Shown here: one piece after another, positions 35,421-44,025 of the stretch | Layout of the letters: every line of letters starts with the position of its first letter | Position numbering within the stretch: position 1 is the first letter of the stretch | From: Thermoplasmata archaeon | Lineage (GTDB): Archaea; Thermoplasmatota; Thermoplasmata; Lutacidiplasmatales; UBA184 | DNA length: 64,000 nt | Assembly (NCBI GenBank): GCA_030038095.1 | Contig: JASHPK010000017.1 | Coordinates: forward strand, 8,689-72,688 | Direction of reading: 5' to 3' | Made by a program: the position numbers and the translations under genes | Notes under the pieces: generated by a model | Told to the model about the DNA's origin: nothing | The model's input: only the letters and a program-made list of their open reading frames with translations | The model's database searches: none

Positions 35421-36671
35421 GTGGACGCCCCCGACGGCCGCAGGGCGGGTCCGGCCGCGTCCCCTTCGCTGCACGCCGTCTTCTTCGCGACGTTCTTCGC
35501 CCGGTTCGCGTTCGGGATCACGCTCGCGGTGTTCGCGAGCTACATCACGGGCAAGTCGATCGGACTCGGCGGGAACGACTACGGGACCGTCGGCCTCGTC
35601 AGCGCCATGGCCCCGGTCGGGGAGTTCTCGACCGTGCTCTTGGCGGGCGCGGCCGCGGACCGCTGGGGCCGGTTCCCGGTCCTCTTCTCGGGGATGGCGG
35701 GTTCGGCGGTCCTCTTCGGGCTCGTCACGCTCTCGCGCGACGCGATCTTCCTCGCCGGCGTGAACCTCGCCTTCGGCATCGCGAGCGGGGCGATCCTCGC
35801 GGCCAGCCTTGCGGTGGTCGGGGACCTCGCCGGGGAGGACGAGCGCGGCTACGAGATGGGGCGGTTCGACGCGGTGAACCTCTTCGGCTGGGTCGCGGGG
35901 TTCGCGGCCGGACTCATCGCCTTCGGCGCGCTGCCGAACGCCCGACTCGGATTCATCTTCCTCTTCGGGGCGGTCGTTCTGGCGGGCGGGCTCGCCCTCG
36001 CGGCCTACCTGATCCGGGGCGAGCCGGTGGCTCGCGGGAGTCGGAGCTACCGGCTGGGCCCGGTCCTCCGCTCCGTGTTCCGCCGCAGCGTCCTCCTCGT
36101 GACCCTGCCCTGGCTCGCGATCTACATGCTGATCGGGACCGCGCTCGTCTTCCTCGGGATCAGCGCGAACGGGATCGGGATCTCTCCGATCTACCTGGGG
36201 GCGCTGATCGGCGTCGGAGGGTCGCTCCTCGTACTCACGCAGCCGTACTTCGGCCGCCTCGCCGACCGCGAGGGCCGGATGCGGATGATGGCGGTCGGAG
36301 CGACCGGCTTCGTCGCCCTGATGCTGTTCGCCTCGCTCCTGGTCGCCTACGGTCCCCTCGTGCCGCTGCTCGTGGCTGTGGGGGTCAGCACCCTCACCGC
36401 CCTCACGTACGGCCCGGCGGCGCTCGCGGCTCTCGCGGACCTCACCGCCGAGGTCTCGCGGGCGACCACCATGGCGATCTATTCGCTCACGATCTCTCTC
36501 GGGATGCTCCTCGGCCTAATCCTCTCGACCCAGCTCTACGATCGGCTCGGGCACGAGGGATTGTATCTGTTCTTCGGAGCGATGGCGATCATGCTCGCTG
36601 CCCTCACGCTCGCGCGCTATCGCGAGCGCGGGGCCGTCGCCCGGGTCCCGGTCACGACTCCGGTTCGATGA
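35421..36671 (+). CDS. MFS transporter
   Basis: 416 aa, about 12 hydrophobic segments. The loop motif GAAADRWGRFPV is MFS signature-like. Confidence 0.75.
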   Translation: MDAPDGRRAGPAASPSLHAVFFATFFARFAFGITLAVFASYITGKSIGLGGNDYGTVGLVSAMAPVGEFSTVLLAGAAADRWGRFPVLFSGMAGSAVLFGLVTLSRDAIFLAGVNLAFGIASGAILAASLAVVGDLAGEDERGYEMGRFDAVNLFGWVAGFAAGLIAFGALPNARLGFIFLFGAVVLAGGLALAAYLIRGEPVARGSRSYRLGPVLRSVFRRSVLLVTLPWLAIYMLIGTALVFLGISANGIGISPIYLGALIGVGGSLLVLTQPYFGRLADREGRMRMMAVGATGFVALMLFASLLVAYGPLVPLLVAVGVSTLTALTYGPAALAALADLTAEVSRATTMAIYSLTISLGMLLGLILSTQLYDRLGHEGLYLFFGAMAIMLAALTLARYRERGAVARVPVTTPVR

Positions 36672-37536
36672 CGATATGGCGGAGCAAGGGGTAGCTCGAC
36701 CGCAGGGCGGCGGTGACCTGGTCGATCGCGGACTCGATCTGGTCGGTCGTGAGCCCGTCCTGGAAGTTGATCCGGAGCGCGAGGAGCGCGTCCTCCGGAC
36801 CCAGGAGCATCGACTGGAGTGCGCGCACCCGGCGCACGCGCGGATCGCGCTCGACGAGGGCGAGGATCGCGCGTGCCTCGGTCGGGGCGAGCGCGCGCCC
36901 CACGAGGTACTCGCGGCTTTCGGCGGTGAGGACGAAGCCGGTCGCGACGAGCAGGAACCCCTCGAGCGCGGCGGTCGCCCCGTCGATCGCGTACTCGTGG
37001 GTGCGGTAGACCAGGAGGAGCCCCGCAAAGGCGACGATCGCCGCGGCGATCGTGACGAGGTCTTGGTAGAAGATCGACTTGAGCCCCTGCTGAGCCGACG
37101 AGAGGAAGGCGGAGAGCGACTGTCGGGAGAGGCGCAGCTCCCGTAGGGAGACGAGGATGCTTGCGATGCTCACGAGCACGGTCGCGCCCACGACGGCGAG
37201 CGCGTCCCCGATGTGGCCGATCGGGACCGGGGCGACGAGCTGATCGAACCCGGTGACGAGCGCGATCACGCCGGCGACGCTGAAGGTGACCACGATCGAC
37301 ACGAAGGCCCAGAAGAATCGTTCCTTCCCGCGGCCGAACGGGTACTGGTAGTCGGCCGGCTTCCGAGAGACGTACAGGCCCCAGAGGAGGAGCCCGCCGC
37401 CCACGAGGTCGGTGAGCGCGTAGATCGCCTGCGCCAGCACGGCGCGGCTGCCCGAGAGCTCGGCGATGAACAGGTTGACCGCGAAGAGCGCCGCGTTGAG
37501 CGCCAGCGTCGCGACGATGACGACCTGCGGACGCAT
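36652..37536 (-). CDS. cation diffusion facilitator (CDF) family transporter, divergent metal site
   Basis: 294 aa. KPADYQYPFGRGKER aligns with the CDF signature PAD..H.FGHGKAE. Six TM segments plus a C-terminal cytoplasmic domain. Confidence 0.75.
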   Translation of the reverse strand: MRPQVVIVATLALNAALFAVNLFIAELSGSRAVLAQAIYALTDLVGGGLLLWGLYVSRKPADYQYPFGRGKERFFWAFVSIVVTFSVAGVIALVTGFDQLVAPVPIGHIGDALAVVGATVLVSIASILVSLRELRLSRQSLSAFLSSAQQGLKSIFYQDLVTIAAAIVAFAGLLLVYRTHEYAIDGATAALEGFLLVATGFVLTAESREYLVGRALAPTEARAILALVERDPRVRRVRALQSMLLGPEDALLALRINFQDGLTTDQIESAIDQVTAALRSSYPLLRHIVIEPES

Positions 37537-37663
37537 CGGTCTGCGGCGGTCACCTCGGGGGAGGAGCGGTTACGGGGCCGGGGGGGTTAAGCGTTCCCTT
37601 CGCAGGGGGCGGTGGACCAAGCATTAAATTGCGCCGACCGGTGCACGGCCGAAGGCTAGGGAC

Positions 37664-38635
37664 ATGAGCGAACCGGTGGCCCGTACGACGATCTCCCACA
37701 CCCCCGGACTTGAGAGCGCGCCCCCGCGCCGGTTCTCTCGTCCGTCGCTGAACCGTCTGGGCCTCTCCCCGGGGAAGCGGACGCGCCTCAAGCGGCTTCT
37801 CTATGATCACGGCCCGGGGGGCGGCACGCTCCTCGTGCTCCCGATCGACCAGGGTCTCGAGCACGGGCCGGTCGACTTCTTCGCGAACCCGGAGTCGCTC
37901 GATCCCCAATACCAGTACGAGCTGGCGCACGAAGGGAAGTTCAGTGCGATCGCCCTCCACATCGGCCTCGCCGAGAAGTACTACCACGAGTACGCCGGGG
38001 ACGTCCCGCTCATCCTCAAGCTGAACGGGAAGACGGGGATCCCCTCGGACGCCCAGGCGTTCAGCGCGCTCACCGGGACGGTCGAGGACGCGGTGCGCCT
38101 CGGGGCGGAGGCGGTCGGCTACACGATCTACGTGGGCTCTCCCGCCCAGGACCGGGACTTCCTGCAGTTCCTCGGGATCCGCCGGGACGCGGAGCGCCTC
38201 GGCATGCCGGTGGTCGTCTGGGCCTATCCGCGCGGGGAGGCGGTCGCGAAGAAGGGCGGCAAGGAGAGTCTCTACGCGGTCGACTACGCCGCGCGCGTGG
38301 CGCTCGAACTCGGCGCGGACGTCGTGAAGGTGAACTATCCGGTCGCGTCGGAGAAGGACAAGGAGAGCCCGTCGCCGTACAACTCGCTCAATCTCGCCCC
38401 GACCGATGCGTTCCGCAAGGTCGTGGAGAGCGCCGGCCGAGCGCTCGTGCTCGTCTCGGGGGGCGAGAAGGTGGAGGACGCGGACCTCCTCCACAAGGTC
38501 CGCTCGAGCATGGACGCCGGCGCGACGGGGATCATCTTCGGACGCAACCTCTGGCAGCGGCCGAAGACCGAAGCGCTCCGGCTCACCCGGGAGCTGCATG
38601 CGATCTTCCGGGAGTACGCGCAGCCTCCGGGATAG
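37664..38635 (+). CDS. class I fructose-bisphosphate aldolase, DhnA/FbaB family
   Basis: 323 aa. LLVLPIDQGLEHGP, PLILKLNG, AVGYTIYVGS, VVVWAYPRG, GADVVKVNYP (Schiff-base Lys region), GIIFGRNLWQ. Co-linear with E. coli FbaB as I remember it. Confidence 0.8.
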   Translation: MSEPVARTTISHTPGLESAPPRRFSRPSLNRLGLSPGKRTRLKRLLYDHGPGGGTLLVLPIDQGLEHGPVDFFANPESLDPQYQYELAHEGKFSAIALHIGLAEKYYHEYAGDVPLILKLNGKTGIPSDAQAFSALTGTVEDAVRLGAEAVGYTIYVGSPAQDRDFLQFLGIRRDAERLGMPVVVWAYPRGEAVAKKGGKESLYAVDYAARVALELGADVVKVNYPVASEKDKESPSPYNSLNLAPTDAFRKVVESAGRALVLVSGGEKVEDADLLHKVRSSMDAGATGIIFGRNLWQRPKTEALRLTRELHAIFREYAQPPG

Positions 38636-39176
38636 GCCCGGCCCGCGCCTCCTCCTCGTCGTGGCGGGCGAGGACCATCCGAAGGCGTGCACGGGGCGGC
38701 GGCTCCTCCGGCTCGGACGGGCGCTCGCGGTCGGGAACTCGACCGGGCTCCACCCGGCCCCGATCGTTCTCGACCCTCGGGCCTCCGAGCCACTCTCCTC
38801 CGCCGACCGGGACGCGGCCGTCCGCGGCGGATTGCTCGCGGTGGACTGCTCCTGGAATGCGCTCGGGCGCCGGGGGGCGTTGCCCCCGGCGCGCGGCGGC
38901 CCGGTGGATTCCTCGCGGCACCGACGGCTTCCGATCCTGGTGGCCGCCAACCCGCAGCACTACGGGCGCGTCGCCGAGCTCAACACGGTCGAGGCGTTGA
39001 GCGCCGGCCTCTATGTCCTCGGTTTTCCGGCCGAAGCTCGCGATCTTCTCGAGGGGTTCCGGGGTGGCCCCGGGTTCCTCGCCCTCAATCGAGAGCGGCT
39101 CGAACGATACGCTGCCGCGAGGACGCGGGACGAAATCCTCGCGGCGGAGCTCGTCCTCTTCGGACCTGCCGCTTGA
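38598..39176 (+). CDS. tsr3: Tsr3-family 16S/18S rRNA aminocarboxypropyltransferase
   Basis: LLLVVAGEDHPKACTGRRLLRLG, LLAVDCSWN, LVAANPQHYGRVAELNTVEALSAGLYVLG. Start uncertain: ATG 38598 overlaps the aldolase by 38 nt; GTG 38661 is the alternative. Confidence 0.7.
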   Translation: MRSSGSTRSLRDRPGPRLLLVVAGEDHPKACTGRRLLRLGRALAVGNSTGLHPAPIVLDPRASEPLSSADRDAAVRGGLLAVDCSWNALGRRGALPPARGGPVDSSRHRRLPILVAANPQHYGRVAELNTVEALSAGLYVLGFPAEARDLLEGFRGGPGFLALNRERLERYAAARTRDEILAAELVLFGPAA

Positions 39177-39223
39177 CCCGCGGTGGGCGCACGGCGGTCG
39201 CGGCGGCGCGCGCCGCGCGGGAC

Positions 39224-40123
39224 TCAATCGACCGCGGGGTAAACCTGGCCCTCGGTGGGCAGGTGCTCGATCGGGATCCCTGCGAGGGTGTCCAGCCGCC
39301 CGTCGAGAGGCAGCCGGGCGATCACGACCCCGCCATACCGCTGGTAGACGCGGGTGGTGTGGAGGGTGAGGCACCGACCGGCGTAGAGCACGACGCCCAC
39401 GACATCGGGATCGTGCCCGCGCAAGATGACGCGAAGGCCGGTGGCCTTCAGGAACCGGTCCAAGTCCCGGGGCGTCCAGGCGAGGGCGGCCCCGCGCCGG
39501 ATCCTCGACGCCGAACACTCCGACCAAACGATCTCGCACAAACGGTCGTCATCGACCTGATCGAACGCCCGGGTCCACGGCTGCGGGAGCTCCCCCCTCG
39601 GGAATCCCGCGTGCGCGAGGTAGGCCCCGCTCGGGGTCACGGCCGCGAGCGGGCCCCGCTCCAGGAGGCCGAGGATTCGGTCGTAGCGCGACGACTCCGG
39701 ACCCCACAGCTCGTCGACCTCCTCCGAGAGCATGTGGGGGATGGCCGGCACCCGGCGGACCGTCTCGTGGTTGCCTTGCAAGAGGAAGACCCGATCCGGA
39801 CGCTCGGCCGCGAGCTCGAGGAGGTAGAGGGCGTTCGCGACCGAGCCCGCGCCGCAGTCGTCCGGGCTGCGGTCCACGTAGTCTCCCAGCCCGATGAGCG
39901 CCCGATCGCCCTCTCGGTATCGACGCACGGCCTCGGCGACGGACCGCCAATCCCCGTGGGAATCGCCGAAGACGACCGCCTCCGCTCCGCTGCCGGCCGG
40001 GATCTGCAGGAGAGGAGGTCGAACGGGCACGCGCTCCTCCAGCCGGTCGAGCAGCGCGTCCACCTCGTCGGAGGTGAGATGCAGGATCCCCTCCGGAGCG
40101 ATGAGAGGAGGTCGTTCCGCCAT
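39224..40123 (-). CDS. PPP-family Ser/Thr protein phosphatase (metallophosphoesterase)
   Basis: ATG 40123 (MAERPP). GDSHGD, GDYVDRSP and GNHE motifs in canonical order. Confidence 0.8.
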   Translation of the reverse strand: MAERPPLIAPEGILHLTSDEVDALLDRLEERVPVRPPLLQIPAGSGAEAVVFGDSHGDWRSVAEAVRRYREGDRALIGLGDYVDRSPDDCGAGSVANALYLLELAAERPDRVFLLQGNHETVRRVPAIPHMLSEEVDELWGPESSRYDRILGLLERGPLAAVTPSGAYLAHAGFPRGELPQPWTRAFDQVDDDRLCEIVWSECSASRIRRGAALAWTPRDLDRFLKATGLRVILRGHDPDVVGVVLYAGRCLTLHTTRVYQRYGGVVIARLPLDGRLDTLAGIPIEHLPTEGQVYPAVD

Positions 40124-40177
40124 GCCTCGAGCCTGCGCGGTCGAACTATTCCGAGCCGTAAAGTGCGGGGGGCCGGA

Positions 40178-40212
40178 GTTCCCGGAGGGTGGCCCCGCGG
40201 GCCGACCCACCC
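40178..40212 (-). other. putative tRNA-Leu(TAG) intron 2 (35 nt, T-loop 59/60)
   Basis: GGGTGGGTCGGCCCGCGGGGCCACCCTCCGGGAAC contains an internal GGGTGG/CCACCC hairpin. Removal restores T-loop TTCAAAT. Confidence 0.65.
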
Positions 40213-40259
40213 TTTGAACCGGCGCATGCCCTAGGCAACAGGGTCCTAAGCCCTGCCTC

Positions 40260-40286
40260 GCAGGCCCCGACGGCCGTGGCCGACGG
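40260..40286 (-). other. putative tRNA-Leu(TAG) intron 1 (27 nt, between D-loop and 3' D-stem)
   Basis: CCGTCGGCCACGGCCGTCGGGGCCTGC. Its 3' CCTGC can pair with the downstream exon GCAGG. Boundaries are ambiguous by 1-2 nt. Confidence 0.55.
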
Positions 40287-40338
40287 TTTGGCCGAGCTGG
40301 AGCACCCCCGCACGAGCACCACGATCAAACCCGCGAAG

Positions 40339-40445
40339 TAGCCCCGGCAGGAATTCCGGCCGTCGGGGTCGCGGACCCCCGGGGCGTTCGAACCTGCGTC
40401 GCGAGATCCAGAGTCTCGCATGATTGGCCACTACACTACGGGGCT
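40339..40445 (-). tRNA. tRNA-Gln(CTG) interrupted by a non-canonical T-loop intron
   Basis: The minus strand reads AGCCCCG TA GTGTAGTGGCCAATCATG CGAGA CTCTGGA TCTCG CGAC GCAGG TTCGAA [34 nt] T CCTGC CGGGGCT A. The exons give a 73-nt cloverleaf, and the 5' part is co-linear with archaeal tRNA-Gln as I remember it. Confidence 0.8.
40353..40386 (-). other. putative tRNA-Gln intron (34 nt, T-loop 59/60)
   Basis: CGCCCCGGGGGTCCGCGACCCCGACGGCCGGAAT with an internal GGGGTC/GACCCC hairpin. Removal restores TTCGAAT. Confidence 0.65.
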
Positions 40446-40470
40446 ACGGGGCAAGCCAGCGAGGGTCGGT

Positions 40471-40477
40471 TGATAAA
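40471..40477 (-). promoter_or_regulatory. TATA-like box for the tRNA-Gln/tRNA-Leu pair
   Basis: The minus strand reads AACGTTTATCAACC with TTTATCA 26-32 nt upstream of the tRNA-Gln 5' end. The two tRNAs are separated by only 27 nt, so co-transcription is likely. Confidence 0.35.
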
Positions 40478-40622
40478 CGTTGCCGCGCCGGCCCCGTGCC
40501 GGGCGGCTCCGACGAGGTGGTGGGGGACCGGTCTCTCCTTCGTCCGGTTCCGCGCGCGCGTGCGAGCGCTTCGCACAAATAGGGCGTCAGGGTGCGGCCT
40601 TGGTCCCTGCCGGGGAGGTCGC

Positions 40623-42422
40623 ATGGCCGAGGGCGGAGGAACCGACCCGATCGAACCGGCGGGGGCGAACCGGGGACCTGCGTCCCCGACTAGTCCGGAG
40701 AACGCTTCCGCCCCCCGGAAGCGGACCTGGGGTCGTTCCGAGTTGCGGGCTCTCGCGATCTACGCGGCGATCCCGGTCTTGGCCGGAGGCCTCGCCCTCG
40801 GCTCGGTGGGCGGAGCGTTCGGCGGAATTCCGCAGTACTTCCCCGCGGCGTCCGTCGACGTGTTCTACTCGTTCCTCCGCATGGCGGCGGCGTACTTCGC
40901 CTCGCTCGGATTCGCGCTCGCCTACGGGTACTACGCCGCGGTCCACCGCGGCGGAGAGCGCGTGATGATCCCGGTCCTCGACATCCTGCAGTCGGTGCCG
41001 ATCCTCGGGTTCTTCCCGATCGCGATCGTCTTCTTTGTCCAGCTCACCCCCCACAGCCAGCTCGGCGAGAACATCGCGTCCGTCTTTCTCATCTTCACGT
41101 CGATGGCGTGGAACATGGTCTTCGGCGTCTACGAGTCGGTGAAGACGCTCCCCGGCGATCTGAAGGAGACCGCGGACACGTTCGGGGTCCACGGATCGCT
41201 GCGCTTCCGAAAGGTCCTGTTCCCCGCCACGGTCAACCGGCTAGTCTACAACTCGATCCTCTCGTGGACCGCCGGCTGGTTCTTCCTCGTCGAGGCGGAG
41301 ATCTTCACGACCAACTCCACGCCGCTCGCCGGGATCGGCAGCTACCTCTCCTTCGCCGCGAGCGACCACAACGGGGACAAGTTCATCGCGGGGATCATCG
41401 TCCTCGTCATCGTCATCGCCCTCCTCGATCTCCTGCTCTGGCGGCCGCTCAGCCGGTGGGCGGAGCGGTTCCGCTACGACACCTCGCCGTCGGGAGAGGG
41501 CGTGATCGAGGCGCCGCGCGATCCGCACAGCCGGTTCCGGCGGGCGGCGGCGTACGTCACGCGGGGGGTACGCACGGGCGTCTCCCGGCTCAGCACGCCG
41601 CTCGTCCAGCTCGCCTCGATCGCGACCCGACGCCCGAGCGAGATCCGCAAGTCGGCCGTCTATTACCTCGGCATCGGCTCCATCCTGGTCGTGTGTTGGT
41701 TGATGGTCATCGCGATCTCGGTCGCCACGTACCAAGTGTTCTCCCATCCGATCGAGAGCTCCATCCGCCATCAGATCGAACTCTTGCCGCTCGCGATGGG
41801 CGCTTCCGCGCTCCGGGTGACCGCGGCGTACGGGATCTGCCTCGCGATCGCGCTCCCGCTCGCGATCTACATCTGGCGCCACCCGAAATCGTCGCGCGTC
41901 GGACTCCCCACCGTCGAGGTGATCGCCTCCTTCCCCGCGACCGCCCTCTTCCCCGTGATCATCTTCGAGTTGATCCCGTACCTCACGGCCGAGGGGGCCG
42001 CCGTCCTGATGCTGATGACCGGGATGATGTGGTATCTGTTCTTCAACATCCTGTCGGGCATACGATCGCTTCCGCCGGACCTCGAGGAGGCGGCCCGATC
42101 GTACGGCCTCACCGGGCGCCGATTCCTGTCGCGGGTCCTCCTGCCCGGGATCTTCCCCGCGCTCGTCACCGGCTCCATCACCGCGTTCGGGGGGGGATGG
42201 AACACCCTCATCGTTGCCGAGTACCTCCAGGTCGGGACCTCCAAGTCCCTGAGCCTTCTCGGCATCGGGCAGGCGATCGACATCGGCTATGCGACGGGGT
42301 CCGCGGGGCTCCCGCTCATGGCCGCCGCGATCTTCACGCTCGTGATCACGGTCGTCGCCATCAACGAGCTCTTATGGAAGCCCCTCTACCGCCGGGCGGT
42401 CGAGAAGTACCGCTACGATTGA
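40623..42422 (+). CDS. ABC transporter permease, duplicated (fused) NitT/TauT-type membrane domains
   Basis: ATG 40623 inside ORF 40470..42422. Two BPD-type permease halves, each with an EAA-like loop (LKETADTFGVHGSLRFRKVLFP and LEEAARSYGLTGRRFLSRVLLP). Confidence 0.8.
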   Translation: MAEGGGTDPIEPAGANRGPASPTSPENASAPRKRTWGRSELRALAIYAAIPVLAGGLALGSVGGAFGGIPQYFPAASVDVFYSFLRMAAAYFASLGFALAYGYYAAVHRGGERVMIPVLDILQSVPILGFFPIAIVFFVQLTPHSQLGENIASVFLIFTSMAWNMVFGVYESVKTLPGDLKETADTFGVHGSLRFRKVLFPATVNRLVYNSILSWTAGWFFLVEAEIFTTNSTPLAGIGSYLSFAASDHNGDKFIAGIIVLVIVIALLDLLLWRPLSRWAERFRYDTSPSGEGVIEAPRDPHSRFRRAAAYVTRGVRTGVSRLSTPLVQLASIATRRPSEIRKSAVYYLGIGSILVVCWLMVIAISVATYQVFSHPIESSIRHQIELLPLAMGASALRVTAAYGICLAIALPLAIYIWRHPKSSRVGLPTVEVIASFPATALFPVIIFELIPYLTAEGAAVLMLMTGMMWYLFFNILSGIRSLPPDLEEAARSYGLTGRRFLSRVLLPGIFPALVTGSITAFGGGWNTLIVAEYLQVGTSKSLSLLGIGQAIDIGYATGSAGLPLMAAAIFTLVITVVAINELLWKPLYRRAVEKYRYD

Positions 42423-42460
42423 AGGCCGGGTACTGACTCCGAGTCGTGGGGCGAGGGACG

Positions 42461-43270
42461 ATGGCGCTGATCCGGGTGGAGCACGTCGACAAGAGCTTCG
42501 CCTCCCGCCACGGGACGATCAGCATCATGCAGGACATCTCGTTCGACGTGAAGGATTCCGACTTCCTCGCGCTCGTCGGCCCGTCCGGATGCGGGAAGTC
42601 GACGATGCTCCGGCTGATCCAGGGTCTCGATCGCCCCACCAAGGGTCAGATCTACTTCCGGGACCAGCCGGTGAATAGTGTCTGCGCCCAGATGGCGATG
42701 GTCTTCCAGAGCTTCGCGCTGTATCCCTGGCTCACGGTCTCCGAGAACGTCGCCTTCGGCCTCGAGGCGCTCCACTGGCCGCGCGACCGGATGGGTCCCC
42801 AGGTCGAACGGTACATCTCGGTGACCGGCCTCGACGGGTTCCAGGAGGCGTACCCTCGCGAGCTTTCCGGTGGCATGCGCCAGCGGGTGGGCCTCGCCCG
42901 CGCCCTGGCCGTGGAGCCGGCGGTCCTCCTCATGGACGAGCCGTTCAGCTCGCTCGATCCGTTGACCGCGGAGAGCCTGCGAGAGGAGGTGCTCCAGCTG
43001 TGGCGGGACCCGCAGCTCCCCCCCGAAGCGGTGGTCCTCGTCACCCACAATATCGAGGAAGCGATCCAGCTCGCCGACCGGATCATCGTGCTCTCCCGAC
43101 GGCCGTCCCACGTGCTCGCCGAGGTGACGGTCGACCTGCCCCGGCCCCGCGACCGCAAGTCGGAGTCGTTCTACGCCCTCACGGACCGCGTCTATTCCCT
43201 CATCACTGAGGGAGGCGCGCCAGCGCCGAACGCGCCTCCGACGCCGGCTCCGTCCAACCCGAGCTCTTGA
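42461..43270 (+). CDS. ABC transporter ATP-binding protein (NitT/TauT family)
   Basis: Walker A GPSGCGKST, signature LSGGMRQRV, Walker B LLMDEPFSSLD, H-loop VTHN. Confidence 0.85.
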   Translation: MALIRVEHVDKSFASRHGTISIMQDISFDVKDSDFLALVGPSGCGKSTMLRLIQGLDRPTKGQIYFRDQPVNSVCAQMAMVFQSFALYPWLTVSENVAFGLEALHWPRDRMGPQVERYISVTGLDGFQEAYPRELSGGMRQRVGLARALAVEPAVLLMDEPFSSLDPLTAESLREEVLQLWRDPQLPPEAVVLVTHNIEEAIQLADRIIVLSRRPSHVLAEVTVDLPRPRDRKSESFYALTDRVYSLITEGGAPAPNAPPTPAPSNPSS

Positions 43271-43322
43271 AACTTGGAATAAGGCTTATAGGAGTCTCCC
43301 GAGGTAAGCCCGCCGAAGTTCT

Positions 43323-43946
43323 GTGCCGACCACCTACCCGAAATCGAGCCCTACGGAGATGATGGGACTGCTCGTCCTGCTGAACCAGCACAAGGGCTCG
43401 GAGGACGTCGCGCTCCTCGCGGACGATCTCGACCTCGAGATCGACGAGATCCTCCCCTCCCTCGACTACGCCGAGGTGCTCGGTCTCGTCAAGGTGACCG
43501 ACGGGCGGGCCGCGTTCACCGACCTGGGCCGGCGCTTGGTCGGGTCGACAATCCGGGAGCGCAAGGCGATCCTGCGGGAACAGCTCCGACGCACGACCCT
43601 GTTCAGGACCCTCCTCCGCGCGCTCGAGAACGCGCCCGAGCGGTGCCTCACGGACGAGCAGCTCGCCCAGATCGTCTCGTTCACCACCGCCCCGGCCGAC
43701 GACGCCGTGCAGAACATCGTCAACTGGGGCCGGTACGCGGAGCTGTTCCGGTACGACGCGGCGGAGCATCGGCTCGTCGCGGTCGCGCGGGCTTCGAGCG
43801 CGCGGGAGCCCCCGCCCTCCGGCCGCGTTCCTCCTCCCGCGACCGGCGTTCCCGCCCCCGGGGCCGGCGCCCGGTCGAAGGCGGCTGCGACGGGATCCGA
43901 TCGCGGGGAGACCCGAACGTCCCCGGCGGTCGCCGAGACGGCGTAG
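43323..43946 (+). CDS. stand-alone AAA-associated (ABC ATPase C-terminal accessory) domain protein
   Basis: LLVLLNQHKGSEDVALLADDLDLEIDEILPSLDYAEVLGLVKVTDGRAAFTDLGRRLV matches my memory of the domain usually fused to NitT/TauT ATPases. Pro/Ala-rich tail. Confidence 0.55.
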   Translation: MPTTYPKSSPTEMMGLLVLLNQHKGSEDVALLADDLDLEIDEILPSLDYAEVLGLVKVTDGRAAFTDLGRRLVGSTIRERKAILREQLRRTTLFRTLLRALENAPERCLTDEQLAQIVSFTTAPADDAVQNIVNWGRYAELFRYDAAEHRLVAVARASSAREPPPSGRVPPPATGVPAPGAGARSKAAATGSDRGETRTSPAVAETA

Positions 43947-44025
43947 CCGTCGTTGCGAGCCCGGTGAAGCCGCGGTACGTTCCATCTTAAGAAGCCCGAT
44001 CCGTTCCCGCGGGCGCGGTGGACCG

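Larger units (their letters stand above)
40164..40311 (-). tRNA. tRNA-Leu(TAG) interrupted by two non-canonical introns (D-loop and T-loop)
   Basis: The minus strand reads GCGGGGG TG CTC CAGCTCGGCCAAA [27 nt] GAG G CAGGG CTTAGGA CCCTG TTGCCTAGGGCATGC GCCGG TTCAAA [35 nt] T CCGGC CCCCCGC A. After removing the bracketed segments an 86-nt class II cloverleaf with perfect acceptor, anticodon and T stems results. Confidence 0.7.
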
